A stretch of DNA of 63,991 bases, filler included, from Chiloscyllium plagiosum (lineage: Eukaryota), in the NCBI RefSeq assembly GCF_004010195.1. It is 5 parts of one record of this genome, joined end to end, with 100 filler letters (N's around TTAATTAATTAA, not from the genome) between each part and the next. Parts side by side here need not be neighbours in the genome. Positions count along the whole stretch, not along the records: positions 1 to 22,876 come from NC_057715.1; positions 22,977 to 35,762 come from NC_057715.1; 3 more parts are not named here. One strand, given 5' to 3'. Below the pieces are notes generated by a model that ran no database searches, was not told the origin of the DNA, and saw only the letters and a list, made by a program, of their open reading frames with translations. Made by a program: the position numbers and the translations under genes. This document shows, in pieces, positions 12,726-23,419 of the stretch. Position 1 is the first letter of the stretch. Each line of letters begins with the position of its first letter.

Positions 12726-14016
12726 AAACAAGCAACAGTGATTCCAGGAGAACAGATTTGCAAGCCACTAGAGCAAAGTAACCACTTCAAGATGGACTAA
12801 AACATCGAGATATAATTCTTTTGTCCACATCTCACTTGGCCAAATTTAACATCTGATATTCCATAAAGTTATATTTCTTATTGCAAGCTTGGGGGATGAG
12901 AGCCTGTGCTAGCAAGTAGTATGTAATTGTACATTTTTTAGAACTTTTGCTGGAATCAGTTTTAGTAACAAAGCTAATTTGTGTTTAACTCTTGAATACT
13001 TGTCTGGCTTGTTTTTACTGTGCACAGATAAGTACATTCTGAATAAGAAATCCAATGCCAAAAATCTGTTACAGACAAACAAAGAGTGGGAAAACACGAC
13101 AACCATTTCATCCCTCCTTAGTTAGTCACAACACCCCACATTTCTACCAATGCATGTACCCATAATCTGGTGGAAACTGGAAATGATCTTCAATTAGCTA
13201 CAAGAAAGTATACAACTTGGAATAGAGCTGTATGTGATGTGATTGCCTTTAACTGAGCACTGTCACAATCTATATGAAGGTCATTGGACTCATCCACCGC
13301 CAAACCACAACAACGCGACGGTCGGGAATAGAGCTGTATGTGATGTGATTGCCTTTAACTGAGCACTGTCACAATCTACATTGTAATATATTGAATAAGC
13401 TACCTGCTTGTTTCCCAAAAAAACTCATCCATATTGTGTCAACCACTGTACAACAACAAACCTTTGTGCAGATGTTCAGTTTTCAAGTACAGACCCAATG
13501 ATTTGTTGAAGACACTGCCATTAGTACAAAAAACACATTTCCCTCATATTTAATACAGGAACTTGTCAAGATAGGTTAAATGTTGGAAGTGAGACTTATC
13601 ATCAAAAAGAACAAAATTATTTCTTACAAATGCAGAGTTGATCATTTCAAAATGATCAAGACTTAATTTCTTTTAGCTCACCCAGTCGAACTGGTGTCCC
13701 TGATTGTCTGTGTGCACAACAGACCCAAACAGGAAGACACAACATGTCTAGAGGCTCTAGCCACCCTGACATACATCAAAGACATCTTGGAGACGACGAT
13801 CAGACTACTCCAGCCCCTGGGCATCATGGTAGCCCACAAACCTACCACCACATTGAAACAGCTCCTGATGAATTTAAAGGACCATGTACCAACAACCAGC
13901 AGAACAAATGTCATAATACAAAAAACTCTGCAAGGACTGCAACAATCATTATATTGGATGGACAGGCAGGAAACTAGCCACCAAGATTCATGAACACCAA
14001 AAAGCTATCAAAAGAC

Positions 14017-15090
14017 TATAAGACCACAAGACATAGAAGTGGAAGTAAGGCCATTCAGCCCATCAAGTCCATTCCACCATTTAATCATGGCTGATGGGCA
14101 TTTCAACTCTACTTACCTGCACTCTCCCCATAGCCCTTAATTCCTTGCGAGATCAAGAATTTATCAATCTCTGCCTTGAAGACATTTAATGTTCCGGCCT
14201 CCACTGCATTCTGTGGCAATGAATTCCACAGGCCCATGACTCTCTGGCTGAAGAAACCTCTCCTCATTTCCACTGTAAACTGACCCCCTCTAATTCTAAG
14301 GCTGTGCCCATGGGTCCTAGTATCCCTGCCTGATGGAAACAAATCCAGCAACACATTTCCATCTCTGATCTCCAGCATCTGCAGACCTCACTTTCTCCTC
14401 CTAGTATCCCTGCCTGATGGAAACAAATTCCCAACATCCACCCTTTCTAAGCCATGTATTATCTTGTAAGTTTCCATTAGATCTCCCCTCAACCTTCTAA
14501 ACTGTAATGAATACAATCCCTGGATCCTCAGCTGTTTATTGTATGTTAGGCCTATCATTCCAGGGATCGTGCTTGTGAACCTCCGCTGGACACACTCCAG
14601 TGCCAGTGTGCCCTTCCTGAGGTGTGGGGCCCAAAATTGGACACAGTATTCTAAGTGGGGCCTAACTGGAGCTTTAAAAAGTCTCAGAAACACATCACTG
14701 CTTTTATATTCCAACCGTCTTGAGATAAATGACAACATTACATTTGCTTTCTTAACCACGGTCTCAACCTGCAAGTCAACCTTTAGAGAATCCTGGATGA
14801 GCATTCACAGATCCCTTTGTACTTTGGCTTTATGAATTTTCTCACTATTTAGAAAATAGTCCAAGCCTCCGTTCTTTTTTCCAAAGTGCAAGACCTCACA
14901 TTTGTTCACATTGAATTTCATCAACCATTTCCTGGACCACTCTCCTAAACTGTTTAAATCTTACTGCTGCCTCTCCTCCTCCTCAGTACTACCTGCCTGT
15001 CCGCCTAACTTCGTATCATTGGCAAACTTCGCCAAAATGCCCCCAGCCCCTTCATCCAGATCATTAATATGTAAGTATATATTAACATAT
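14017..15090 (-). mobile_element. CR1 LINE 3' portion
   Basis: VRPHLEYCVQFWAPHLRK, RRLRGDLMETYKI and FFSQRVMGLWNSLP; short repeat tail at the left end. Confidence 0.92.
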
Positions 15091-15376
15091 ATAAAATGAA
15101 AAGACATGACCAACTATCACTGACATCCATACACACAGACAAAGAGGGACACCAGTTCGACTGGGACAATACATCCATTCTTGGGAAGGCTAAACAAGAC
15201 ACATGCAAGAATTCCTAGAGGCCTGGCATTCACACCAGAACTCCATTAATAAATATTTAGATTTGGACCCCATTTACAAACCTCTCAGAAACAGAACTGG
15301 AAGTAATATCACCCACCACAACAGACCAAAATGCATAAATAGCAAGTGGGACAGAACACCATGGCTTAATCAGAGG

Positions 15377-15418
15377 CTCACTGATGATGTTACCTAGCAT
15401 GCTGACAAAACGTCTGAG
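15377..15418 (+). ncRNA. Degenerate minimal hammerhead motif (Penelope family B tail)
   Basis: ctca-CTGATGA-T-GTTACC-tagcat-GCTGAC-AAAA-CG-TC-tgag: stem I ctca/tgag pairs perfectly; GAAA is mutated to AAAA. A second copy at 58888-58929 (minus) has GAAA intact and stem I tgca/tgca. Confidence 0.6.
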
Positions 15419-15589
15419 AACAAATCTACCAGCTCAATGAGCAAACTTACAAACTGATCCACAACCTAGCTACAAATCTTCTCCAAAATCGCAAACCACA
15501 CAAAACATGTTAGATTGTTCAACTTTGCGATGTCAAACAATGTAGTACTAAGAGCAAAATAACAAAGATCAGAAACACTAACATCGTGA

Positions 15590-18540
15590 TTGTGTTATTG
15601 CATTATAAATCCAGAGGCCTGGACCATTAGTTAGGACATAACCTTAAGGTCTCCATGGCAACAGAAGATTTACTTTCAGTTAATTAAATAAATTTGAATG
15701 TAAAATGTTTGACCGAGTAAGATTGACTATGAAAATACTGGTTTGTTCAGTTACTAGCTGGTTAATACTCTGTATGAGAGAAATTCTGCTGCTCTTACCT
15801 CGTTTGCATGTGACTAAAACTGACACTTAAATGCCCCTGATATGGCCTGGTAAGCCACTTAGTTGCAGCATTATAGAAAAGTCCAAGAAGAACAAAATGG
15901 GACAGATCACCCAACATTGACCTGAGCTCCAGAAAGCCCAATTAACCCTGTCAGGTCTTCCTCACCCACTTCTGAGGAATTGTGCCAAAATTGGGGCAGC
16001 TGTCCTACACGAGTCAGGCAGCATCCTCACATACACATATTTATTGAAGTATAGCTTAACGCTGAAGTTTTAGACTCCATCAGCAACATCCCTTGGTATG
16101 GTACACTCCACAGGCTTGTGAATCAGTACCTCTGTAGCCAAGTGCCATTTGGAAAAACTACTGAAGGCAGTGAGAGGACAAAATTTACTTGAATGGACTT
16201 TCACTTCCATTAAAAGGTATGGCATGATCACAAAGCTACTGAGAAAGTTGGCAGGATGCTCAACAATATACTTGCTAGATGGGGTCTAAAACACACGGCG
16301 AGGGAACCAAAAAGAGGGGTTGACTTATTTCACTTCATTCTACAAACCAATCTATCACAGAGGCAATTGTCCTAAAATTGTTGATAGGAGTGGCCACTGC
16401 AACACTATTATGGAAGCGAAGTCCAATTTTCACATTGAAGATACCTCCACAATGAGTTGTAGCACTATCACCAAGCTAAATGGAATAGATTCAAAACAGA
16501 TCTAACAATTCAAAACTGGTCATAAATGCTTCAGCATTACTATAACCATCAGCAGTAACAAAATTGTATTTTACTACAATCTCTAATGTCCTAGTCTATA
16601 ATATCCTTCTCTGTAGTATTACAAACAAGCCAGAGGATCAATGGAAATTAAATGACGAGAGCAGCAGAACATCACATGAGCTATACCAGAATTATCCAAA
16701 AATGAGATGTCAACCTGGCGAAGCTACAATGCTGGAATGCACACTACAGACAAAACTAAAGGATCTCACTATCAATTGGATCAAAGCTCAAGAGTTCTGC
16801 TAGTTACTATCATGACTGTTGGTGGGTATTTAGACAGCTAAAATGAAAATACAAATCCCATCCTGCCACGTCCCCATAAATGGAATGGAGGAGCCCAGCA
16901 CCTCAGTGCAAAAGACAAAACTGAAGAATTTGTGGTCATCTTTTGCAAGTAGTGCCAGGTAGATGACCCATCCTAGCCACCTATAGCATCATAGTTGCCA
17001 GTACACTTTAGCAAAAAAGGTTGAGTGAAATGGACTTAACAAAGCACTGTCAAATTCTGGCTGTTGTGCTAAAGACTTGTTCTCCTAACCATACTACTCC
17101 ACGACATATATTTCTATCTTCTCAAAAAAGTGGAAAATTGTACAAAAATAGCATATTCACAAAGAAGAGGACAAAACCAATTATCATCCTGTGAATGAAC
17201 TTGCAATCAAAGCAATAGACGTTACCTACCAATAATTAGCTCATCAATTCTCAGCATTGGATTTGACAGGAACCACTTTGCTCCAAGGCCTTATTAAATT
17301 ATTGTTAGAATGACTATCCTTGACTCATGATGACATTTAACTGAGTACAGAATCATGGAGTTTCAGCCAACTCTCTAGCCCTCCTCCCCAGCCATGTTTG
17401 AGCCCGGGTGTCCTTGGTGAAGGAGCACATGGTGTCTGCCAATGCTCTCGATGCCCTTAGAGAGAGGTGGGCACCGTGGGAGGTGGAGTGATTTATTTCC
17501 CGCCCAACTGTATTTTGACTTAATCCCTGCCCTTCATGCTTTTCAGGTAAGCATTGCTCCTATTGGGCTTTGGTTGTTATTGGTTCCCTGGCCACATGGA
17601 TGCTTTTCCTGGTTGTGGAAATATTGAATAAAATTATTTGCACAAATGGTCCCTGCACTTACACACACACAACACGAGTAGTGTGGGAGGAAATAAGCAC
17701 TATCACTGTATAGCAACATTGTGAGAATAACCAAAAAACAAAATCCTGGAGCCTATTACATTGAAGTCAGTAGGAATCAGGAAAACACTTCACACGGGAC
17801 AGGTTATATTCAGGCTACTGAATTGGATGATCAGCCATTATTATAATGAATGGCAAAGCAGTTTCAGAGTTGAGTGGCATACTCCAGGTTCTATTTTCTA
17901 TGGAAAATATATGTTGATGTTAGAAGCCAATTGTCATGGGCAGCAACGCAGCGGTAATGTCACTGGCCTAGTAATGCAGAAATAATTGTGGGCTAATAAG
18001 TAGCATTTGCATTACATCAGTGCCATACAATGGCTACCTCTCCAACAAGACAGAATTTAACCATCTCTACTTGACGTTCCATCATAATGCATCCCATCAT
18101 CAACATCCTATGGTTTACCATTGACCAGAAACTTAACTAGGTCAGGCAAAATAATACTGTCAACAAAAGCAGACCGGAAATTCTGTCTTAAGTAAAATTC
18201 TGACTTCTTAAACTCTTCACAACTAATCCATGACACAAATCTGGAATATTTTGAAATCCTCCCTAATTACCTGAATAGTACAACTTCAATAACATTCAAA
18301 AAAGTTAATACCACCCTCCCAACACCACCCACCATCACCACACAGGATAGAGCAGTCTGCTTGACTTGTGCTTCATCCACATCATTACTCCTTAATCATC
18401 TCTGGGTCAGAATCTTGAAGCTCTCCCACTAATAGGAAAGGAGCATATAAAATGTGGCTCACCACAGCCGTCATAATTAGAATGGGTAACAAATGTTAGT
18501 TTTGCCAGTAATTTCCACATCCCAATAACAAAAAAAAATG
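15590..18540 (+). mobile_element. Second, more decayed copy of the Deu-headed CR1/L2-group LINE
   Basis: Deu-like body at about 15600-15865, the same junction into the endonuclease start as the 10680 copy, and a 3' tail (aattagaatgggtaacaaatg...ccacatccc plus A run) at 18475-18538. Confidence 0.65.
17385..17742 (+). mobile_element. Tx1-type LINE short 3' fragment
   Basis: Similar to 21770-22140 (ORF end, AATAAA, (CA)n, aaataagcacta). Confidence 0.75.
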
Positions 18541-18793
18541 AAAGCATACAACAAAAGAAAATCTTGCGTCTGGAAGTCCTGGATATAACTTTTATACGTA
18601 GTAATTACAATCTAGCGTGTACTCCATGTTTTGAATAAACAAAGGCAATTTCACACTTTGAAATTTTCACATTACTGGTCACGTAATGACAGGCTATGAG
18701 GCTGAAGCCTTAAAACCACAAACATCGATGAACGGAATTAACAGTTTCAACCCGCTGACGGCAATGTTTCCAATGATTCCCATTTCTACATAC

Positions 18794-18945
18794 TCATCCC
18801 GTTTCAGATCCTGGTTTGTAAGGACGTTTATGCCGCTGGGTGCATAATCCCATGTCTCTTCTTTGACTGCGATATAGTAATTTCGAGTAATAGAGTTTGC
18901 GATTTCAGAAAGACTAAGGACTAGGAGAATATGACGCGGACTCAT
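18794..18945 (-). CDS. HEPH: First coding exon of a hephaestin-family multicopper ferroxidase (HEPH most likely; HEPHL1/ceruloplasmin paralogues not excluded)
   Basis: ATG at 18945 gives MSPRHILLVLSLSEIANS-ITRNYYIAVKEETWDYAPSGINVLTNQDLKRD(E): a signal peptide followed by the TRxYYI...WDYAP motif that opens cupredoxin domain 1. The 152-nt exon ends in phase 2 at GA|GTATGT, the intron phase I recall for exon 1 of this family. Confidence 0.88.
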
Positions 18946-19044
18946 TTTTCTCACTGATACTTCATTCAGTGAGCATGTTTTGCCTTCGCAAAGTTAGGTA
19001 CGATGGTCTAAACAAACATCAGATCAAACTCTTCCCCCATTTTT

Positions 19045-19117
19045 TCACGTCAGCACGTCATGTGGCTGACTGGAAATAGAAAAAAAGCAGACTTTTCGAG
19101 GGTGCCAAGCCAATCAG
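19045..19117 (-). promoter_or_regulatory. Putative proximal promoter of the hephaestin-family gene
   Basis: Two adjacent TGACGTG motifs on the minus strand (19045-19052, 19053-19060) and an NF-Y-type AGCCAATCAG (19108-19117), 100-170 bp upstream of the ATG. Confidence 0.5.
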
Positions 19118-20091
19118 TGGAATGTATGAAACAGTGTTAGCTGAACGGTGATTTAGTTTCAATGAAATCACAGTTTCCTGTATGGCAAATGCTGTTTATG
19201 ATATTTATTTCATTGCTGCGATTATCTTTATTTCTGGATAAAATTTAAGCAAACAACTTTCGCGGAGAAATTGGGAATTTTGTATTGTTACAAAAATAAG
19301 TTAAAGTTTGAAATGTTGATATTTTCCCTTTCTAAAATGCACTAGCACTGAACAAACCTGCGAAGGCACAGAATTGTGAGATAGGCTGAAAAGAGGAAAG
19401 GCAACTACAAACAAGGAAGAAACTAAGCAAGAGAACAGATGAGGAAGAAAAAGGTTTGGATAGGCTCTGCAGAAGGCCTTCAAATTCCATTTCGCAGCCT
19501 ACTGTGTTGAGGCAATCTGCAATTGCCATGGTTTTCTTCTCGTTCGGCGACACTAGTCACCGGTTGCTTTCCCCTCCTTCCGTGTGCATTTATTGTCTCT
19601 TGTTGACTTCTACAAGCTACTGAATCTGATGTCAGGTTTTGAAATTCTTGAAACATAAAATTAGTTAAAGTGATCCAGAAACTGTCATTAAAGCCCAGCT
19701 GTCTGATGAAAAACCACAGAATTGCGGGTGCAGGAAATCAAAACACGGCTGCAGAGGTGAGCACAGGTAGAGGGTCCGGCTTGGTTGGTTGATGGGAGGA
19801 ATAAATCCTGTTGGTAGCTGGAAGGAAGGGTCAGTAAGTGGAATGGAAGGGAGGAGGAGGGACTGGAAAGGGAAGTTACCGACCAACTTCCACAGAGACA
19901 TTGTGAATTTTGTATTAATACAAGTAAAGAAAAATGTTAAAGTTTGAAATGTTAATATTTTCCCTTTCTAAAATGCACTGAATGGAAAAAAAAACTAATG
20001 CGAACTTTAAACGAGGTTATGTAACCACAATTTCAACATGTCAAACCAAACATCTTCAAACAAGTACTGACCCTATACGATCGATTGGGAG

Positions 20092-20352
20092 ATTAGATTT
20101 GATTTGATTTCCTACAGTGTGGAAACAGGCCCTTTGGCCAAACAAGTCCACACCGACCCTCCTAAGAGCAACCGACCCAGACCCATTCCCCTACACCTAA
20201 CACTATGGACAATTTAGCATGGCCAATTCACCTAATCTGCACATCTTTGGGAGGAAACTGGAGTATCTGGAGAAAACCCACACAGACACGGGAGAATGTG
20301 CAAACTCCACACAGACAGTCGACCGAGGCGGGAATTGAACCCGGGTCCCTGA
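20092..20352 (-). mobile_element. HE1/V-SINE
   Basis: B box gggttcaattcc, V-domain tgtgtggagtttgcacattctcc, CR1-type tail with (aatct)n. Confidence 0.88.
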
Positions 20353-20875
20353 TGCCGGTGTTGGACTGGGATGTACAAAATTAAAAATCACGCAACACCA
20401 GGTTATAGTCCAACAAGTTTAATTGGAAGCACTAGCTTTCAGAGCACCGCTTCTTCATCAGGTGGTTGTGGGGGACACAATTGTAAAACACAGAATTTAT
20501 ACCAAAAGTTTACAGTGTGATGTAACTGAAATTATACATTGAAAAATACCTTGATTGTTTGTTGAGTCTTTCATTTGTTTGAATACCATGATAGTTTCAC
20601 TTTTTTCATATGTAAATCACAAAACTTTTTTTAATAAAGTTACAATCTCAGGTTAACTGTAACAATTGGTGTTAGCCAGATAATATGTTGAAGGTGTTAG
20701 CCACCTGTGTTCTCTGTAATGTTTAGACTGATGCTAATCTAAAAAGTGAGTTAACAGAGTATTACATGAATTCATGCAGTTTTTGAGCAAAGTAGTGTAA
20801 CTCTGCAAGTACAAATTCACCCCACAAACGTATATGTATATGTGTGCATGTGGGTTTTTGTGTGTCTGTCTGTCA
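20353..20875 (-). mobile_element. Penelope-like family C pLTR/tail
   Basis: Repeated at 22578, 31848, 33306 and 34925; carries cac-CTGATGA-A-GAAGC...GCTCT-GAAA-GC-TA-gtg on the minus strand. The 33306 copy adjoins sequence resembling the GIY-YIG ORF end at 52120. Confidence 0.75.
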
Positions 20876-20899
20876 GATGCTCTTGGTTTTACTCAGCAG

Positions 20900-22262
20900 T
20901 TCGAGAACCAGGGCTGTCCGTGTCAGGATTTTTGACTAGGTTAAGATGACTGGCAGAGGCATGTGACTTTAGTTTGACCATTAATGAAATGCTAAGATGT
21001 GGGATTAATGATGTAACCATGAAACATCACCTAATAGCTGAAGCCCTGGCCACCGCCATCCGACGCCTTAAAACGGCGGTGCTCGGACCCGACGTAGTGC
21101 ACCAGTTGGAGGACGCTCAGGTGTGGGGTGGGATCCCGTCCGCGCTCACCCCAGCCCGGACGGAATTTCACATTGGCCCCAAGGTCCCGTACTTCCCGCG
21201 GGAGCCTGTGCACCACAACCTGAGCCGCCTCCGAAATTTTAATTTTGTCTCATTTAGGGATGTGAAAAGAAGAGCCCTGTATAGACTGCTGCTGCACACC
21301 ATCCACCTCTTCTTCTTCATCCACCGTCTGGACACGCCTTGGCGTGCCCATTTGCCACCGGGCGGTGGGGATCCCCAGTGGAGGGCTCTCTACGTGGGAG
21401 TCCTCCCCCTTTCTCTCGGGGATCTGGGGTGGAGGGTGCTGCACGCAGCAGTCCCCTGCAACCGCAGATTGCGGTGGTTCACGGACTCCCAGCCCAACTG
21501 CTTGTTCTGTGGCGCTGTGGAGACCGTGGACCATGTATATATTGGGTGTGGGCATTTGCACTCCCTTTTTGATTTTCTGAAAAACCTTCTCCTCTGTTTT
21601 TGGCTGCACTCCAGTCCCACGCTCCTGATCTTTGGGCACCCGGTACGGAGGAAGGAGGGCAGGTCTGAAGACCTCCTCGTGGGTCTGCTCCTGAGCCTGG
21701 CCAAACTGGCCAACAGGTCCAGGCAGCGGGCCGTGGAGGGGGTCGTTAGGGCCGACTGCCTGCCCCTCTTCCGCGGTTACGTTAGGGCCCGCGTGTCCTT
21801 GGAGAAGAAGCACGCGGTGTCCACCAACACCCTGGAGTTGTTCAGGGAGACGTGGGCGCCGCAGAGAGTGGAGTGCATCATTTCTCCCTCCAACTCTATT
21901 TTGATTTAGTCCCTACCCTCCCCTTCACTGTTTTGATCACACAGCACTGCCCTTTGATGTGAAGGGCAGTGTTTGTCACTGGCCGCTCGGGTGTTTTCCT
22001 ATCTTCCTGGTGGTGGAAATTGAATAAAGATTTGTGCACCTTGTGTTTCTCACTGTGTCTCACACCTACACACACACACACACACCATGGGTGCTGGGGA
22101 AAAATAAGCACTACCACAGTTAGGCAGTAGTGTGGGGGTTAAAAAAGAAAAAATATAAACAGGGGATTAAGCATTAAAAAAAAGAAAGAAAAAAAAAATA
22201 GCTGAAGCCCAACTGACTCCAGACAGGCACTACAACTGGCCTTATCACTGGTAAATATGCAA
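20900..22262 (+). mobile_element. Gypsy-like gag fragment split by the Tx1 insertion
   Basis: LAEACDFSLTINEMLR-CGINDVTMKHHLIAEA, resuming after the TSD as QL...ALQLALSL. Confidence 0.6.
21047..22196 (+). mobile_element. 5'-truncated Tx1-type (L1 group) LINE with an open ORF2 C-terminus
   Basis: Open frame to 21909 with DLGWRVLH and CLFCGAVETVDHVYIGC (zf-RVT-like), AATAAA, A-rich tail; 14-bp TSD aatagctgaagccc (21033-21046 and 22197-22210). Confidence 0.9.
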
Positions 22263-22274
22263 TTGGAGCATATA

Positions 22275-22578
22275 ATTTCAGATGTGGGAGTTCAAAGAGA
22301 TTTTAAGGGATACTGCGGATTACATCTGCAATAAATGCTGTTAGTTGCGAATCCTATCAGATCGAATGGATCAGTTGGAGAGACAGTTCGAGGCAATGAG
22401 GAATTTGCAACACCAACAGTATGTGATGGATGGCAGTTATAGGAAGGGGGGGGGGGGAAGTCTCAGATACAGTCACATAGATGGGTTAACTCCAGGAAAG
22501 GTAGGAGAGGTAGGCAACTAGTGCAGGAGTCTTCTGTGGCCATCCCCATTTCAAACAGGTATGCTGTTTTGGAAAATG
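22275..22578 (+). mobile_element. CR1 ORF1 fragment
   Basis: QMWEFKEILRDTADYICNKCC followed by a coiled-coil-like stretch, similar to 22977-23330. Confidence 0.7.
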
Positions 22579-22876
22579 TACAAAGTTAAAAATCACACAA
22601 CACCAGGTTATAGTCCAACAGGTTTAATTGGAAGCACACTAGCTTTTGGAGAATGCTCCTTCATCAGGTGATAGTGGAGGGCTCGATCGTAACACAGAAT
22701 TTATAGCAAAAATTTACAGTGTGATGTAACTGAAATTATACATTGAAAAATTGATTGTCTGTTAAGCCTTTCATCTGTTAGAATACAGTGATAGTTTCAC
22801 TTCTTTCATGTGTAAATCACAAAACCCTTTTTTTTAAAATTGCATTCTCGGGTTAGCTGTTAACAATAGTGATAGC
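22578..22876 (-). mobile_element. Penelope-like family C tail
   Basis: Similar to 20375-20680; ends at an assembly gap. Confidence 0.75.
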
Positions 22877-22976
22877 NNNNNNNNNNNNNNNNNNNNNNNN
22901 NNNNNNNNNNNNNNNNNNNNTTAATTAATTAANNNNNNNNNNNNNNNNNNNNNNNNNNNNNNNNNNNNNNNNNNNN
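22877..22976. other. Assembly gap with synthetic TTAATTAATTAA spacer (also 35763-35862, 54391-54490, 59608-59707)
   Basis: Identical 44N + TTAATTAATTAA + 44N structure at four sites; the 12-mer places stops in all six frames. Confidence 0.95.
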
Positions 22977-23415
22977 TTACTTACCCCTGGTAAGTCGTAC
23001 CCCCCCCAAGTATCCAAAATGGTATACTTGTTCTTGAGGGGAACGGCTGCAGGGGGTCCCTGCACTGGTTGCTTCCTCCCAGTCCCCCTCACTGTCACCC
23101 ATCTATCTGCCATCTTTGGAGTTACTACTTCCCTAAGGCTCCGATCTATGACCCCCTCTGCCTCCCGAATGATCCTAAGTTCATGCAAGTCCAGCTCCAG
23201 TTCCCTAACACGGTCTTGGAGGAGCTGGAGATGGGTGCACTTCCTGCAAGTGTAATCAGCAGGGACGACCATGGCATCCCTCACCTCAAGCATGTTGCAA
23301 GAGGAACATTTCACTGCCTTCACTGCCATCCCTCTAAAAGTAACCTTTTTAAAAAAAACTGGGTCTAAAGAATAGAACAAGCAAAATGCAGCACTTGCCT
23401 ACTTACCACAACAAG
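22977..23415 (-). mobile_element. CR1 5' region and ORF1 (zinc finger plus coiled coil)
   Basis: MAVKAVKCSSCNMLEV...YTCRKCTHLQLLQDRVRELELDL...VPLKNKYTIL. Confidence 0.85.
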
Positions 23416-23419
23416 TCTG

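Larger units (their letters stand above)
13676..15490 (+). mobile_element. Penelope-like family B (GIY-YIG C-terminus and tail), split by a CR1 insertion
   Basis: TLTYIKDILE..RLLQPLGIMVAHKPTTTLKQ and YYIG.TGRKLATKIHEH before the CR1; FDWDNTSILG and EFLEAWHS..NSINKYLDLDPIY after it. Confidence 0.85.

Noticed and set aside
18950..18973. CAGTGA-containing hairpin just upstream of the ferroxidase ATG as an iron-responsive element
   Set aside because: CAGTGA lies in the 8-bp stem (ctcactga/tcagtgag), not in an apical loop above a 5-bp stem and C bulge.
19358..19529. Pannexin-1 first exon (starts MAIA; PANX1 neighbours HEPHL1 in human)
   Set aside because: Similarity stops after four residues; the conserved EYVFSDFLL and LELAVDK motifs are absent.
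20974..21909. 311-aa ORF as a host gene or a gag-LINE fusion protein
   Set aside because: A chance in-frame junction of a Gypsy gag remnant and a truncated Tx1 ORF2 at a TSD.
22921..22932. Palindromic TTAATTAATTAA recurring four times
   Set aside because: Always centred in a 100-base N gap; a synthetic scaffolding spacer, not biology.
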